The notes beneath the pieces were generated by a model. The model saw nothing but the letters and a program-made list of their open reading frames with translations. It searched no databases and was not told where the DNA came from. A stretch of DNA of 63,495 nt from Octopus bimaculoides (Eukaryota). Below are positions 25,801-40,003 of the stretch, piece by piece. The position numbers were made by a program, and so were the translations under genes. The stretch is from NCBI RefSeq assembly GCF_001194135.2, contig NC_068989.1, positions 12,281,999-12,345,493 of the forward strand, read 5' to 3'. The stretch's first letter is position 1, and each line of letters begins with the position of its first letter.

Positions 25801-26329
25801 TTCCTTAAGAATGTTTTGTTATTTTTGCTATTATTTCTTTAAATGTCGAAAGCAATTATAATAATTTATGTTGCTGCATGGATGATAGCTTATGCATTTT
25901 ATTACTTATATACAATGATACAGTAGTACATGACACTCACACGCATAATTTTATCATAAATTTAACATTCAATGAAAAATAAATGAAATCTAAGCGTCGT
26001 TGACGTTACAAATGTAAACTCCACTTCAGAAAACCTACATAATAAGAAGAGGGAAGAAGCGTGTTTTGCCTCTAGATATATCTAAGCACAAAAACACACA
26101 GAAAGCGCATACACACGGATACACATACAAAAACACGCTTATGACTCTAGCAGGGATTGTGACAAAAACATATATCTGTGTATTACATGACTGTACAAAT
26201 GAAAATTGTTTTTCTTTATAAATGTTTTTCTCACCAAAGTCTTATAATTGCCATAATAAATAATGATATTATAGATATTCTTTTATCATTCTTTTAATGA
26301 CAAAACAAATATTCTTATCATGATAGCCT

Positions 26330-26940
26330 ACTTAAGACTTTCATCCTTTAGGGGTCGATAAATTAAGTATCCGTTGCGTACTGAGGTAGATCTAATCGAC
26401 TGGCCCCTTCCCCCAAAATCTCGGGCCTTGTGCCCTGAGGAGAAAAGAATAAATAATGATATTATAGATATACTTTTGTCATTCTTAAGAATGACAGAAC
26501 AAATATTCTTAGGATGATAGAATAAGTATAGGCACAACGCTTGAAATTTTGTGGGGAGGTGGTTGGCTGATTTCATCGGCCCTAGTCCTCAGCTGGTATT
26601 TATTTCATTGATATCGGAAGAATGGAAAGCAAAGTACACCACGGTGAAATTTCAACCGAGGACGTAAAGACGGACGATATGCCGCTGAGTATTTTGTCCG
26701 GCGTGCGAACGATTCTGCGAGCTCACCGCCTTATTGATAAAATGAATGGTTCAAAAGTGTTCGACGTTACAACTGATTGAATGCATAAGGATACTATATT
26801 CTTTTCTACTCTAGACTCAAGGACCGAAGTTTTTGGAGAGAGGGCAAGTCGATTAGATCGACTCCAGTACGCAACTATAAATATCAGCCGAGTACTGGGG
26901 TAATGTGATCGACTAAATTCTCCCCTAAAATTTCACGACG
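26330..26940. mobile_element. Cluster of family A tail-ii pieces (26330-26450 plus; 26525-26732, 26800-26880, 26885-26940 minus)
   Basis: Recurrent GGGGTCGATAAATTAAGTA and AGTCGATTAGATCGAC motifs with tail-ii. Confidence 0.75.
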
Positions 26941-27092
26941 ATCGTCCACCGCATTTTCTATAGTTGAGTAGACTGGAGCGACGTGAAATGAAGTGTTTTG
27001 CTCAAGAACACAACGCATGGTCCGGTCGAGGAATCGATACTGCAATTCGATAATAACGAATGCCACATACTTAACCACTAAGCTACGCGACT
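26940..27092 (-). mobile_element. Family D-like SINE 5' part
   Basis: Minus strand TAGCTTAGTGGTTAAG..TCGATTCCTCGACC..GTTGTGTTCTTGAGCAAAACACTTCATTTCACGTCGCTCCAGTCTACTCAACT. Confidence 0.7.
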
Positions 27093-28409
27093 CAACATTT
27101 ATACACACATAGACACAGTTACAAGCATATATACACAAGCTACAAGCATATATACAAGAACATATACACAAGCTACAAGCATATATACACAAACACATAC
27201 AAGCAAAATGCACAATCACACACACAAATATATAAATACCAACATACACACATATACACATAAATTGAACACACACACGTAAACAGATATATAAACAAAC
27301 GCACACGAATAGAAACAAATGTATAAAAATTAAAGTATGCACTCAGACATACATATACAAATATGCGCACAGCAGACATATACACCTAAAACGTACATAC
27401 ATATCTATACATACATACACACACACATACATACATACATACACATATACATACACACATACACTCACTCACACGTACACACATATACACACACATACAC
27501 ACACATTCACATATATACATTCATACATTTACAGATACATACACATATATATACACATGCACACAGGTTTGTGCGGTGTGTTTCATTTGTTGCGATGATT
27601 TTTACAGCTTTTGAAGTTTAACTATTTCATGATGGACGGCCGAGTGTATCACTGACGTATCTTTGATTCATTTGAGAGTTTTACGTTCGTTTGGTTTCCT
27701 TCATTTATTCTCCTTATCAATTTAACTTATCAGGACTTTCGTTGGTGCCGGATAATATGTTTATATTGCAGCAAATTTTCGTTCATTAGTTGTAACCAGT
27801 AGCAGATGGCTGGTCAGTGTACATTACTAAAGTTTCTGTTACTGCAGATACCAGGCGCAGAGAAATGCTTTATTTATTGAACAGGCCAAGTATATCTTTT
27901 GATCTTAGTAAAACTAGAAAGGTTACGTAAATCTTTATTAAATGAGGTCTGTGTTACGTTTAATCATGGATATGCTCTACAGTTTCTGTTTCTAAGTAAA
28001 CGTTATTTTACAAATGCTTAATAGGAAGACACATTTTACAAGCACATTTACACATGAACGCATTCAAACACACTTGTGTATAAATATATTCACTTACGCA
28101 AACTAAACAACAAACAAGCCCGTTACTAAACAGTACCTTTTATATTCAATTTCGTGTTTGGGCCACTACATTCCACGTTCAAATTCCGCCAAATCTAACT
28201 TTGATTTTTTTACCATATTGTGGTCCAATAATTGGAGTATAAGTGCTGATGGTCGAATCCAACTACTAAACACTTAATTTCTAAACGACTTTGGCCTTAA
28301 TCGAAAACAATGGCGTATCAGTCTAGTATCGCAATCTCAACTTCTCTCTCACACACTCTCTCTCTCTCTCTCTCTTCTATTGTCTGTTTCATTATTGCTA
28401 GATTTTGAA

Positions 28410-28789
28410 GGCGGCGAGTTGGCAGAAACGTTAGCACGCCAGGCGAAATGCTTAGCAGTATTTCGTCTGTCTTTACGTTCTGAGTTCTAATTCCACCGAC
28501 GTCGACCTTTGCCTTTCATCCTTTCGGGGTCGATAAATTAAGTACCAGTTACGCACTGGGGTATATGTAATCGACTTAATCCCTTTGCCTGTCCTTGTTT
28601 ATCCCTTCTATGTTTAGCCCCTTGTGGGCAATAAAGAACTAAGAAACGTTAGCACACCGGGCGAAGTGCTTAGCGGTATTTCGTCTGTCTTTACGTTCTG
28701 AGTTTTAATTCCACCGACGTCGACCTTTGCCTTTCATCCTTTCGGGGACGATAAATTATGTACCAGTTTCGTACTGGGGTCGATCTATT
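28410..28789 (+). mobile_element. SINE family A dimer (tail-i)
   Basis: A full unit at 28410-28641 joins through AGAAAC to a second unit starting in the A box (28642-28789, 3' truncated). Confidence 0.9.
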
Positions 28790-28979
28790 CTATATAGCAC
28801 CCTTTCTGTTACATTTATGTCTTTGCCTTTTCTCTCTTACTCTATATTACTAGTTCTGTCTCGAATCACTCGGTTCATATTTCTTCAGTCCTACCCCACC
28901 CCAACCATTCACTTATTTACTCTTATTATTATATACATTTTCACTTCTTTCTTATCACCCATATTTTTCTTTTAAAATG

Positions 28980-29209
28980 TGTTTTTATATTCGTTTTCTT
29001 TCCTACGATTTTCGTTTTCTTTTCGCTGACTTTTCCTTTACCTCCTCCCCTGCCTCATAATTCTACTCCATCTCTTTATACATCACCAATCCTCCTACCT
29101 CTTTATCTCGTCCTTATCCTCACCTACGTCCCTTTCCCAACGCCTACATTTTATTCCTCACGATTCGTCTATTTTCTCACATTTCTCACCCCCTCTCTGT
29201 CACCCACTG

Positions 29210-29255
<46 letters not shown>

Positions 29256-29575
29256 GGCTGATCTGCTCTCACCCATCCTCACTTCATGATTCTCCTTCAG
29301 AATTACAGCACCCCATCTTCAGCTTTCCTCTACTAATTTATCTAACTTCATTCTGGATTTCTTTTTATTCCTTTCTTCCTTCCCCTTTCATCCCCCTGTT
29401 CCTTACTTTATCCATTTCTTTGTTTCTTCCTTTCTTTCTTACTTATGTATTTATTTCTCTCTTTCTCTCTCTCTTCCTCTTCCTTTCTTTCACTCATTTA
29501 TTGATACTTCCCCTCTCTCTCTCTTTATTTCTATTATTTTCTATTATTGTTCCTTTCTTTCTCTACCCGTCAATT
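28980..29575 (+). repeat. Long polypyrimidine (C/T-rich) tract including (CT)n
   Basis: The strand is strongly pyrimidine-biased over about 600 bp. Confidence 0.85.
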
Positions 29576-30207
29576 CCTAGAGCCGATCGACCAGGTTCTT
29601 AAGATGAGTCACTTTTGTCCTAAGATTAGGGACTTCCCAGTTACTTTCACTTTTTGCCGCCATCACCCTTTATAATATTGTGATTAAGATGCAGAAAGAA
29701 TATAACAAGCATTCGCTTTCGCTAATATCCAATGAATCCCTGCCTATGCCTGTCGGTCATTGACGCTTGATCACTGTGTTATTTTCATTTCTGCAGCATC
29801 GTTCCAAAATTAAAAGATTACCGTAATTTCGTCTAAAAGAAAACGTGCATTCGAATGTGGCGGCAGGTTTAAAAGGTGTTTGAGCGCGAAAGAAAATGAA
29901 AATGGTGAAGGGTCGGATGGGAATGATTGGAAAAGAGATTGTTCATGCGTGTGCATACGCATGTGCGAACAATGCTTCATATGAGCAAGTAGGGGGCAAT
30001 AGTGAAGATGCCTGTGTATGTATGTGTAAAATACCTAGGGATTAAAATATACAGATGCAATAGAAATAGATTCGGTGTGCTATACGTAAGTTTCTTTGAA
30101 TTAATGTTACGAGCGCTAACTTCGTGTGCGTACGTAAACAAATATATACACTTTGCTCCCTTCTGTGTTTATGTATACACATACAAATACATACACACAT
30201 GCATGTG

Positions 30208-30243
<36 letters not shown>

Positions 30244-31517
30244 CACACATGTGTGTCTGTGTCTATATATATATGTATGTGTGTATGTATGTATAATATA
30301 TATGTGTGTATATGGGCATGTACACATACACACACACGCGCATATATATGGCCATGTACACATACGCACACGCGCACATATATATGTGTGTGTATATATA
30401 CATGTATGTATAATATATGTGTGTATATGGCATGTACACATAATCATATACACGCACATATATATATATCTATATACATGCATATATATCTCTATATACA
30501 TGCATATATATATGTGTGCGTGTGTGTGTGGTACATGTTAGGGAATTTGTATATAAAATTATTTTGATGCATTCATTTAGGAACACTAATGGTAATTAGA
30601 ATATTCTTTTGTGACTGCGTCCTTTATCAAATGGAGAACCAATATTTCTATTCAGTGACGCGGATTTCATTTACAAACCCGTGTAAGACTATCCACCGTA
30701 CGCACGTACCTTAAGCACATTCATACGTACATTGTTACCATCCTTAAAGCTAAAAGTAAATGTTTCTGCTGATTTATTTTCATCACTTGTCAATTATACC
30801 CAACTCTAGCAAAGCCGCAATAACTGGCTAGAGAGAATAAATTGAGAAATCCGAATTAACAATAAAATTAAAATTAAGACTGAAATTAATACAAAATAAA
30901 TACTAAAATTAAAAAGCATTATTCAGGGTAGAATAAGCGTTAGTGATATTAGAAGTAAACAAAAATCAAGTTAAAAACAAATGTTATATAAATAAAATAT
31001 TTAAAAAAAAATATCAAATCTGTGTTATTTTGATAGTCTCAAGTGAAATATAATATCTCACTATTGTATTTTGTTTTGCGTCATATATTTTAAAGATTAT
31101 CTCTACTTCTGGCTGAAATAACGTATCTATAATTTCAGATTCAATAAGGGTAAAACGTAAATATTGCCATTGGGGATATCTTCTGCAGTGTAAAACGATA
31201 AGAAACTAGAATGCGATAGCAATAATGAAAATACCTTTTAGGCTGCAACTTGTTCTACAAGGAAATGGAATATTATGCAATGTTTTCTTAGAAAACTTAC
31301 TAATAATACAAAATGACAATACGGCAAATATCAATAGGAATCCTAACAGAATCTGAATTTGAGAAGAATTTAAGGATTGCTACAACTCTATAGTAAACAG
31401 GGAATTCTTATAGGTTAGTTATACTTTGATAGAAGTTTATACAGTTCTTGATATTTGAATTGGTATGCAATATTATGAATTTAACCATGACTTGAATCTT
31501 TATATAGAACTTCATTT

Positions 31518-31677
31518 GGCTGTGTGGTAAGTAGCTTGTTTACCAGCCACATGGTTCAGGGTTCAGTCCCACTGCGAGGCACCTTGGGCAAGTGTCTTCT
31601 ACTATAACCTCGGGCCGACCAAAGCCTTGTGAGTGGATTTGCTAGACGGAAACTGAAAGAAGCCCGTCGTATATATG

Positions 31678-31708
<31 letters not shown>

Positions 31709-31822
31709 ATATGTTTGTGTGTCTGTGTTTGTCCCCAACATCGCTTGACAACCGATGCTGGTGTGTTTAGGTCCCCGTAACTTAGCGGTTCGGCAAAAGA
31801 GACCCATAGAATAAGTACTAGG
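31518..31822 (+). mobile_element. SINE family B, 3' truncated, fused to the R4 fragment
   Basis: Matches the 53656 copy up to AGAATAAGTACTAGG, then switches to R4 RT sequence. Confidence 0.88.
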
Positions 31823-32605
31823 ATGATCTCATGATCTCAAACTGTATGGTAAAGATGAAGATCAAGTCAGTTCCCTCGTTGATATCGTGTATACTTTTAG
31901 TGCCGATATCAGAATGGAGTTCGGACTGAAAAAGTGTGGCGTGTTAGTCTTGAAGAGAGGCAAAATCAAATGTATTGACGGGTCTGCGATACTGTCGGGG
32001 GAGGTTATGAAGCATATAGGAGAGACGGGCTATATGTTCTTGGAGATATTGGAAATTGATAAATTGATGGAGAAGGAAATGACAGAAAAGTTTAAAGGGG
32101 AGTACTTGAACAGACTGAGATTGGTGCTTAAGCCGAAATTAAACAGAAGGAATAAGCTTGAAGCCATCAATACCTGGGCGGTTTCACTTCTTAGATATGC
32201 AGCAGGGGTAATCGCATGGACAGTAGAACGACTCTACCTTCCGAGAAAGGAAGGTGACCATGGAGTTTTACAACTGGAATTAACAATGAAGGTTGCCGCA
32301 ATTGACCTAAAACCTACCTGAAAAACTCTGATGATTGGATGTTAAAACTTGACTTAAAGCACGAAAACAAGAAAAGATCATACTCAGTAACAGAACAAGC
32401 AAAGAAATATCTAAGTGAATTTCAAATACAATAAATCCCAAGAATTAGACGTACTGGAAATAAGCACAGAAAAAGCTAAGCGTATGAAAACCCGTGTTAA
32501 AACTGCTTAGATATTCTTACTGAGAAATGGCAAGAAAAACCTCTCAATGGCAAATGCCCAAAAAGAGCTAATCATTCCGATGTTGACAAAGTCCTTACTC
32601 ATAAA
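31823..32605 (+). mobile_element. R4/Dong-clade non-LTR retrotransposon fragment (RT catalytic region, thumb and downstream)
   Basis: The frame from 31833 reads DLKLYGKDEDQVSSLVDIVYTFSADIRMEFGLKKCGVLVLKRGK...LNRRNKLEAINTWAVSLLRYAAGVIAWT VERLYLPRKEG. Frameshifted continuation reads ...NSDDWMLKL..KHENKK..YSVTEQAKKYLSEF...EKWQEKPLNGKCPKRAN..DVDK. These motifs are typical of R4/Dong ORFs. Confidence 0.88.
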
Positions 32606-33893
32606 CCTTTCTGGCTTTGATTTTAAAGGTTAAAAAAGCTTAAACACGTCTAAATAGTATAGCCTTACCAAATGCTGAGCGAAATTATATCAGCATGGCT
32701 ACTGGAATTCATACTGATCATGTGATATTTCGGCTGTCAGCAAGACAGATAATAATTTCTTTTCAGTCGAATGCCCTGAAATTCTTATTAATTCTATCCT
32801 CGTCTTCAGAAATGAGAATTTGTGCTTTTGTGTCCGTGAAACTGTCAGGCATTTCAACCTCACAGCCCTTCCTTAATTAAATACTCTATACACATGTGTA
32901 CGTGACTATACTGAACTTAACGAACATGACGAATACTGAAGATAGCGAACATGACAGATGCTGGTTCATCATTATTATTAAATGACTTGAACAGGCTGAA
33001 TTGCCAGAAACAACTGAATATATATTTGAAAAGTTTAAAATATTTCCAGTCTCGTATTTGTACATCGTTCAAATACAACAATGTCATCTATACCTGTTAT
33101 TTCGACTTGAACACATAGGGTGACCTGCAGTAATATAGAGTGATAGATTTATTTGAAAAAATAAGCATGTGCAAATTACTATTGCTTTCAAGCCCTTTGC
33201 AGCAGAATTTAGTGAATTTTAGCAAGAAGTGTAGAAACCGTTCATTGAAACAAGCGTTTTAGAAAGTGTAAATTTGATGTAAGGATGACTAAGCGAACGT
33301 AGTTGACATTATTACGTACGCAGTTCTATGGCTTAAATTGTAACCAAAGAAAACATTCACACGTTTACATACGTAGAGTACATCGATACAAATAAACTCA
33401 TATAGAAACATAACCGCCATATATCCATCCATCCATCCATCCATCTATACTTACACACACATACACACAGACAAACACATATGCATGTATATATTTATTC
33501 ATATGTGTATACACATATGCACACACACTCGTGTATATATATATATATATATATCAAAGACTTTCCGTATTCCCGAGCGTCATACTAATATATACTTTTG
33601 TTATTTACACCACCTGTCCTCGTCTGTTGTTATTTTTTGTATATTCTCCCATATATATATATATATATANNNNNNNNNNNNNNNNNNNNNNNNNNNNNNN
33701 NNNNNNNNNNNNNNNNNNNNNNNNNNNNNNNNNNNNNNNNNNNNNNNNNNNNNNNNNNNNNNNNNNNNNNNNNNNNNNNNNNNNNNNNNNNNNNNNNNNN
33801 NNNNNNNNNNNNNNNNNNNNNNNNNNNNNNNNNNNNNNNNNNNNNNNNNNNNNNNNNNNNNNNNNNNNNNNNNNNNNNNNNNNNNNNNNNNNN

Positions 33894-33927
<34 letters not shown>

Positions 33928-34570
33928 AGTTAAATATTCACATTCTTCCTTCTGCATTTCTACATTTTTACCTCTCCCTCTGTCTCTCTGTTTCCCCCTC
34001 TTTGTCTCTTTCTACCTTGCTCACCCCTCTCTCTCTCTCTCTCTCTGCTCTTTCCCAGTTGTAACCAATGAGTAATCACCAGTCTCCAATATAATCTCGC
34101 TTTCTTTTGTAATACACAATGACGAAAAGGCGCGCCTCTATTCCCACTCGTTTTCCAACAGTTTCTTTTAATCGTTTTAATCTAACAGTCAAATGTCTCA
34201 ATAGGGATTCCCCCGGCCGTCCACAAGCACCCAAACGTGATTCCTTATCATAACAACCTGTATCAAACGATCCTTTTACAATCAATAATTCGAAACACAT
34301 GCTGGCCTCTCCCACTCTACGAAACTATCTTTATAATTAATTTCTTTTAAGGAAACTTTCCTTTTAGAAAGGTTTCATTTGTGACGTATTTCCAACACTT
34401 GCACTTTTCTTGCCTTCCACATCATCTAACACATTATCGACACTGCCAAGACAAACATTACAAGTTTTAATCACCGACATCCTCAACAAGCTTCGGCTAT
34501 GTCTGCACATACAAGCGCTCGCGCACCGCACAGATACGTATATTCATATATATGTATGTATATGTGTGTG

Positions 34571-34630
<60 letters not shown>

Positions 34631-35187
34631 CATGTACATTTATATATATTATTTATACATATAAGTGTGTATGNNNNNNNNNNNNNNNNNNNNNNNNNNN
34701 NNNNNNNNNNNNNNNNNNNNNNNNNNNNNNNNNNNNNNNNNNNNNNNNNNNNNNNNNNNNNNNNNNNNNNNNNNNNNNNNNNNNNNNNNNNNNNNNNNNN
34801 NNNNNNNNNNNNNNNNNNNNNNNNNNNNNNNNNNNNNNNNNNNNNNNNNNNNNNNNNNNNNNNNNNNNNNNNNNNNNNNNNNNNNNNNNNNNNNNNNNNN
34901 NNNNNNNNNNNNNNNNNNNNNNNNNNNNNNNNNNNNNNNNNNNNNNNNNNNNNNNNNNNNNNNNNNNNNNNNNNNNNNNNNNNNNNNNNNNNNNNNNNNN
35001 NNNNNNNNNNNNNNNNNNNNNNNNNNNNNNNNNNNNNNNNNNNNNNNNNNNNNNNNNNNNNNNNNNNNNNNNNNNNNNNNNNNNNNNNNNNNNNNNNNNN
35101 NNNNNNNNNNNNNNNNNNNNNNNNNNNNNNNNNNNNNNNNNNNNNNNNNNNNNNNNNNNNNNNNNNNNNNNNNNNNNNNNNNNNNNN

Positions 35188-35241
<54 letters not shown>

Positions 35242-35542
35242 GAAGTGGGCGCTACCATCAGTACAATCAACAATAATATGCGATATGCCAGTAGCAGTTC
35301 CAACATCAACATCAACACAGATATTATATGCTCAACAAAATAAACACTAGAGATACATCAATAAAAACGCCACCACCACGACCAAGCTGTCCACTACCGC
35401 CGCCATCATTATCGTCACCATAACCATCATTACCGCAATAATCTCTAGCATGACAACTATCACAAGTATCCCTCTTTCCGTTCCCAAGCTGGAGCACACT
35501 CACTACGAACATTTCAGTTAATGACCTGCATTGCCACTACTA

Positions 35543-35584
35543 GATATTACTATCTGGATATTACTATCTGGATATTACTATCTG
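35543..35584 (+). repeat. 14 bp tandem repeat x3
   Basis: GATATTACTATCTG. Confidence 0.9.
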
Positions 35585-35929
35585 GTCGTACGACCTGCTA
35601 AAAATACCAACCAAATTTTGCGCATGTGAAACACTAACCGCTTGAAAAAGAAGTCCATACAGCTCTAGAAATCCGCGTTTGCTTTTGAATAAAGGCCTGC
35701 TCATTCAGAATTTCACCAAGACCTAAATAAGAGCACCATCACTATCTTGTATGACTACCACTACGTACTCTGTCATTATCATCTCTCTTACTACCACCAC
35801 GACCACGTAATATGCCTCTGTGGATCCTTGTACTGCTGTCGCTGTGATAGTTGTATATCTTATGATAACTACGTGATAATTATTGATGCAGTTGTTTGTA
35901 GAAGTGAAAGAAAAATATTCCCAGATATT

Positions 35930-36142
35930 CTTTTCTACCCTAGGAACAAGGCCGGAATTTTTGGGGAGGGGGCTAGTCGATTAGATCGACTTCAGTACGC
36001 AACTGGTACTTAATTTATCGACCTCGAAAGGATGAAAGGCAAAATAGACCTCGGCGTAATTTGAACTCAGAACATAAAGACAGACGAAATACCGCTAAGC
36101 ATTTCACCCGGCATGCTAAACTTTCTGCCACCTAGCCACCTT
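35930..36142 (-). mobile_element. SINE family A full copy (tail-ii)
   Basis: Head, body and tail-ii are present. Degenerate target-site duplication AAATATT(C/G)CC(A/T)GATATT. Confidence 0.88.
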
Positions 36143-36464
36143 AAATATTGCCTGATATTGACTATGATATGAAAACTCGTAGAGATTAAATTGTTCATCT
36201 CATAATTTTTTTTTTGTATTTGGTTTGTGAGTCTCTTGATGTGTACTCGTGTGTTGAGACATAGTTGTGGTACCTCGGAAATGTCATTGCGCCAATAATT
36301 TCATTAATGAAGTGAAGAAAATCATCGAAACAACTTTGACAAACCTCGCTGATCGAAAGACTGACTGAATAAATAAATTGTGAACCGTGTGCGTGTGTTT
36401 AATATTGACGTAATGTCCCTCCTTAGATAAAACAAAACTGTTGATATCGTTTTTGTTCTATCGA

Positions 36465-36760
36465 TCACACAGAGTGGAATATGTCTATGGCTTTGTCTTT
36501 AAGAATTCGTTTCATAACACTGTGCATACGAGATCGATCCCCACCACACATGTGAAGAACACTGCTCATTTCTCCTAACTCAAGAACATCCTTTGATCTA
36601 GCTGCAAGCGAATATGTTAACAGGTACAGGAGGAGGTCGGATAGCGCGGTCTTCTCGTTTAGGGTAAAGTTATTCCTTGGCTTCTTGTTGTCAAGCACTG
36701 GGGTCAGGACTCCACTCAGAGTGAGATTTTTCTCATATCCTTTCATCGACTTGGAAAGCC
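36465..36760 (-). CDS. Candidate terminal coding exon of an unidentified host gene (97 aa after a phase-1 junction)
   Basis: On the minus strand: a CTAAC branch-like site (36801-36805), a pyrimidine tract and CAG|G. Only the phase-1 frame is open (GLSKSMKGYEKNLTLSGVL...LSDLLLYLLTYSL...KRILKDKAIDIFHSV*). All three plus frames are closed. GC is elevated and the segment is non-repetitive. No homologue recognised. Confidence 0.4.
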
Positions 36761-37194
36761 CTGAGGGCCAAAATATAGTACAAAACAAGAACGATGCGAA
36801 GTTAGGACACAGAGAAAGTTAACTGATTATCACGACGGATTTTCCGTGCACCATTCGTATCATAAAAAAAAAATGATGATGCGGACTCAGTAAAGTGGTC
36901 CTTGACAAAGTATGTTTGAACAGAATAGAAACGGCGATGTTCAAGGCTGGAAATGTTTGTAATGATAGGTTTAACCGATATGGGCTGGCTTAAGGCTAAC
37001 CCAGAGAAATATAAAGCAACAACAACAACAGCAACAACAATGAGAAATGCCCATAATGTATTAAATTAATCAGATGCTTTTCCTGGAAAGATTCTAGATC
37101 TGTTGGAAAGTGTCTAAGACTACCGACAATTTGTCGCAACATATATGAAAGCAAAATTCACTAACAAGTAAATGTACACATATACACACAGATA

Positions 37195-37245
<51 letters not shown>

Positions 37246-37942
37246 CATATATATACATATATATGTTTACGTATTCTTTCATGTACCTATGTAAATGGTT
37301 CAAAAGTAAGGAAACATTATGTGCCACCTTTTTTGTAAGAATGACACAAATTATAACCATCATCCAGCATCACAGAAAAAAATTCTTTGTAACTCTATGA
37401 TTAAAATAATGAAAAGAAAATCAACAAAATAATCATATCTAAGCAACGATTATTAAATGTTGACTATGAATAAAACATACACAAATAAAACCCAACCACA
37501 TATATATTTATGCATAATTATCGATTTTATTTACTTCGATATTATAAGTGCGTGCGCACAGACAAGCACTTACACAAACGTACACACTCAAACACGTATA
37601 CATTCACACACAGTTATACATATACATATCCACATACACATATATGCTATATGTTCACACACATATATCAAGACAAACTGACAAGGAATAATAAACAAAA
37701 CATAACAAAGTATAGGGTAATATTAATAGACATATAAAGATATAAGTTTATGTTTTAAGGAAGAAAGGGAACTTTATACACGCGTGCAGACACATATATA
37801 TATATACACATATAGACGTATACATACGTATGTATGCATATATACACATTCATCAATATGTATACATTATGTATATATATATATATATATATATATCCAT
37901 ACATACATACCGACAAACATACATATACATATATATATGTAA

Positions 37943-37978
<36 letters not shown>

Positions 37979-38813
37979 NNNNNNNNNNNNNNNNNNNNNN
38001 NNNNNNNNNNNNNNNNNNNNNNNNNNNNNNNNNNNNNNNNNNNNNNNNNNNNNNNNNNNNNNNNNNNNNNNNNNNNNNNNNNNNNNNNNNNNNNNNNNNN
38101 NNNNNNNNNNNNNNNNNNNNNNNNNNNNNNNNNNNNNNNNNNNNNNNNNNNNNNNNNNNNNNNNNNNNNNNNNNNNNNNNNNNNNNNNNNNNNNNNNNNN
38201 NNNNNNNNNNNNNNNNNNNNNNNNNNNNNNNNNNNNNNNNNNNNNNNNNNNNNNNNNNNNNNNNNNNNNNNNNNNNNNNNNNNNNNNNNNNNNNNNNNNN
38301 NNNNNNNNNNNNNNNNNNNNNNNNNNNNNNNNNNNNNNNNNNNNNNNNNNNNNNNNNNNNNNNNNNNNNNNNNNNNNNNNNNNNNNNNNNNNNNNNNNNN
38401 NNNNNNNNNNNNNNNNNNNNNNNNNNNNNNNNNNNNNNNNNNNNNNNNNNNNNNNNNNNNNNNNNNNNNNNNNNNNNNNNNNNNNNNNNNNNNNNNNNNN
38501 NNNNNNNNNNNNNNNNNNNNNNNNNNNNNNNNNNNNNNNNNNNNNNNNNNNNNNNNNNNNNNNNNNNNNNNNNNNNNNNNNNNNNNNNNNNNNNNNNNNN
38601 NNNNNNNNNNNNNNNNNNNNNNNNNNNNNNNNNNNNNNNNNNNNNNNNNNNNNNNNNNNNNNNNNNNNNNNNNNNNNNNNNNNNNNNNNNTATATATATA
38701 CTGAGAGGGTAAGACAGTTACAAATAGAAAGAGAGAAAGATAAAAAAAGAGAGATGGGAAAAAAACAAGAAATAAATTAATTGGACTATATTCATAAATA
38801 TCACTTAGTCTAT

Positions 38814-38862
<49 letters not shown>

Positions 38863-39521
38863 TGCACACACGGGCGTACACATGGTCATATGTGTGTGTA
38901 TGTGTTTGTATTTTGTGGTGTGTTTGAGTGTATTACACAATACATAATGACATTTATATTTCATTTACTGTATGGTCATATCTATATATAGAGTTTTATT
39001 AAAGATAAATCGTTGCAACATTTATACGCATATATTTCTATAGCCATGGTGGATTAAGAAGGCTATGAATGTTTTTTAGGAATTTTCTTTACAACAACAA
39101 AATATACACCAGCAGAAATACCGCATTCCGCGAGGTTTTCTACTACTCGTTAGATAATATTTAAATTCTATTTCAAATGAGCATATCTTTTCTGATATAT
39201 TACACATAATCTTGATATGCATCTTTATCGTCTGATAGCGCACACTCGCTCAAAATAGAACTTTAAAATATGGCAAGCACACTGAAACAGCATTAAAATT
39301 TATGAAGAAATCAGGTATTATGCTCACTTATTTTATCCACATTAAATCATCAATTTATCGTATACATGCATATCACATGTTTTCATTGCTCCAAATGACA
39401 GTGATATGGAATGCACATCTAGTATGTACCGGAAAAATATTATATTAAAATACGTATTATTGTTTCGAATACATGTTATCTGCATTACGTTACCGTCAAA
39501 ATACATATCTGCTTATTTTAG

Positions 39522-39730
39522 TATTGTTTCTTTTATTTCTTTCAGTCATTTGACTACGACCATGCTGGAGCTACCGGTAGTCCAACAAATCGCCCCCAGG
39601 ACATATTCTCTGGAACTTATTGTATCGGTCTCTCTATTTGTCGAACCGCTAAGTTACGGGACGTAAACACCAAAATAGATTGTCAAGCGATAGTGGTGGA
39701 CAAACACAGACACACAAACATATACATATA

Positions 39731-39772
<42 letters not shown>

Positions 39773-40003
39773 TATATATATATATATATACATACATATA
39801 TACATATATATATACATATATGTATATATATATATATATACGACGGGCTTCTTTCAGTTTCCGTGTACCTAATCCACTCACAAGGCTTCGGTCGGTCCGA
39901 TGCTATAGTAGAAGACATTTGCCTAATGTTCCATGCAGTGGGGCTAAACCCGGAACCATGTGGTTGGGAAGCATGCTTCTTACCGCACAGACACGCCTGC
40001 ACC
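39522..40003 (-). mobile_element. SINE family B, full length
   Basis: Reverse complement of the 53656 copy, with an expanded internal (CA)n(TA)n. Confidence 0.88.

Noticed and set aside
32700-32872. Possible minus-strand exon after TTAATTAAG
   Set aside because: The acceptor is weak and two frames are comparably open, so the coding signal cannot be distinguished from chance.
35470-35505. CCGTTCCCAAGCTGG resembling a twister ribozyme core
   Set aside because: The upstream UAA/P1-P2 elements and pseudoknot partners are absent.
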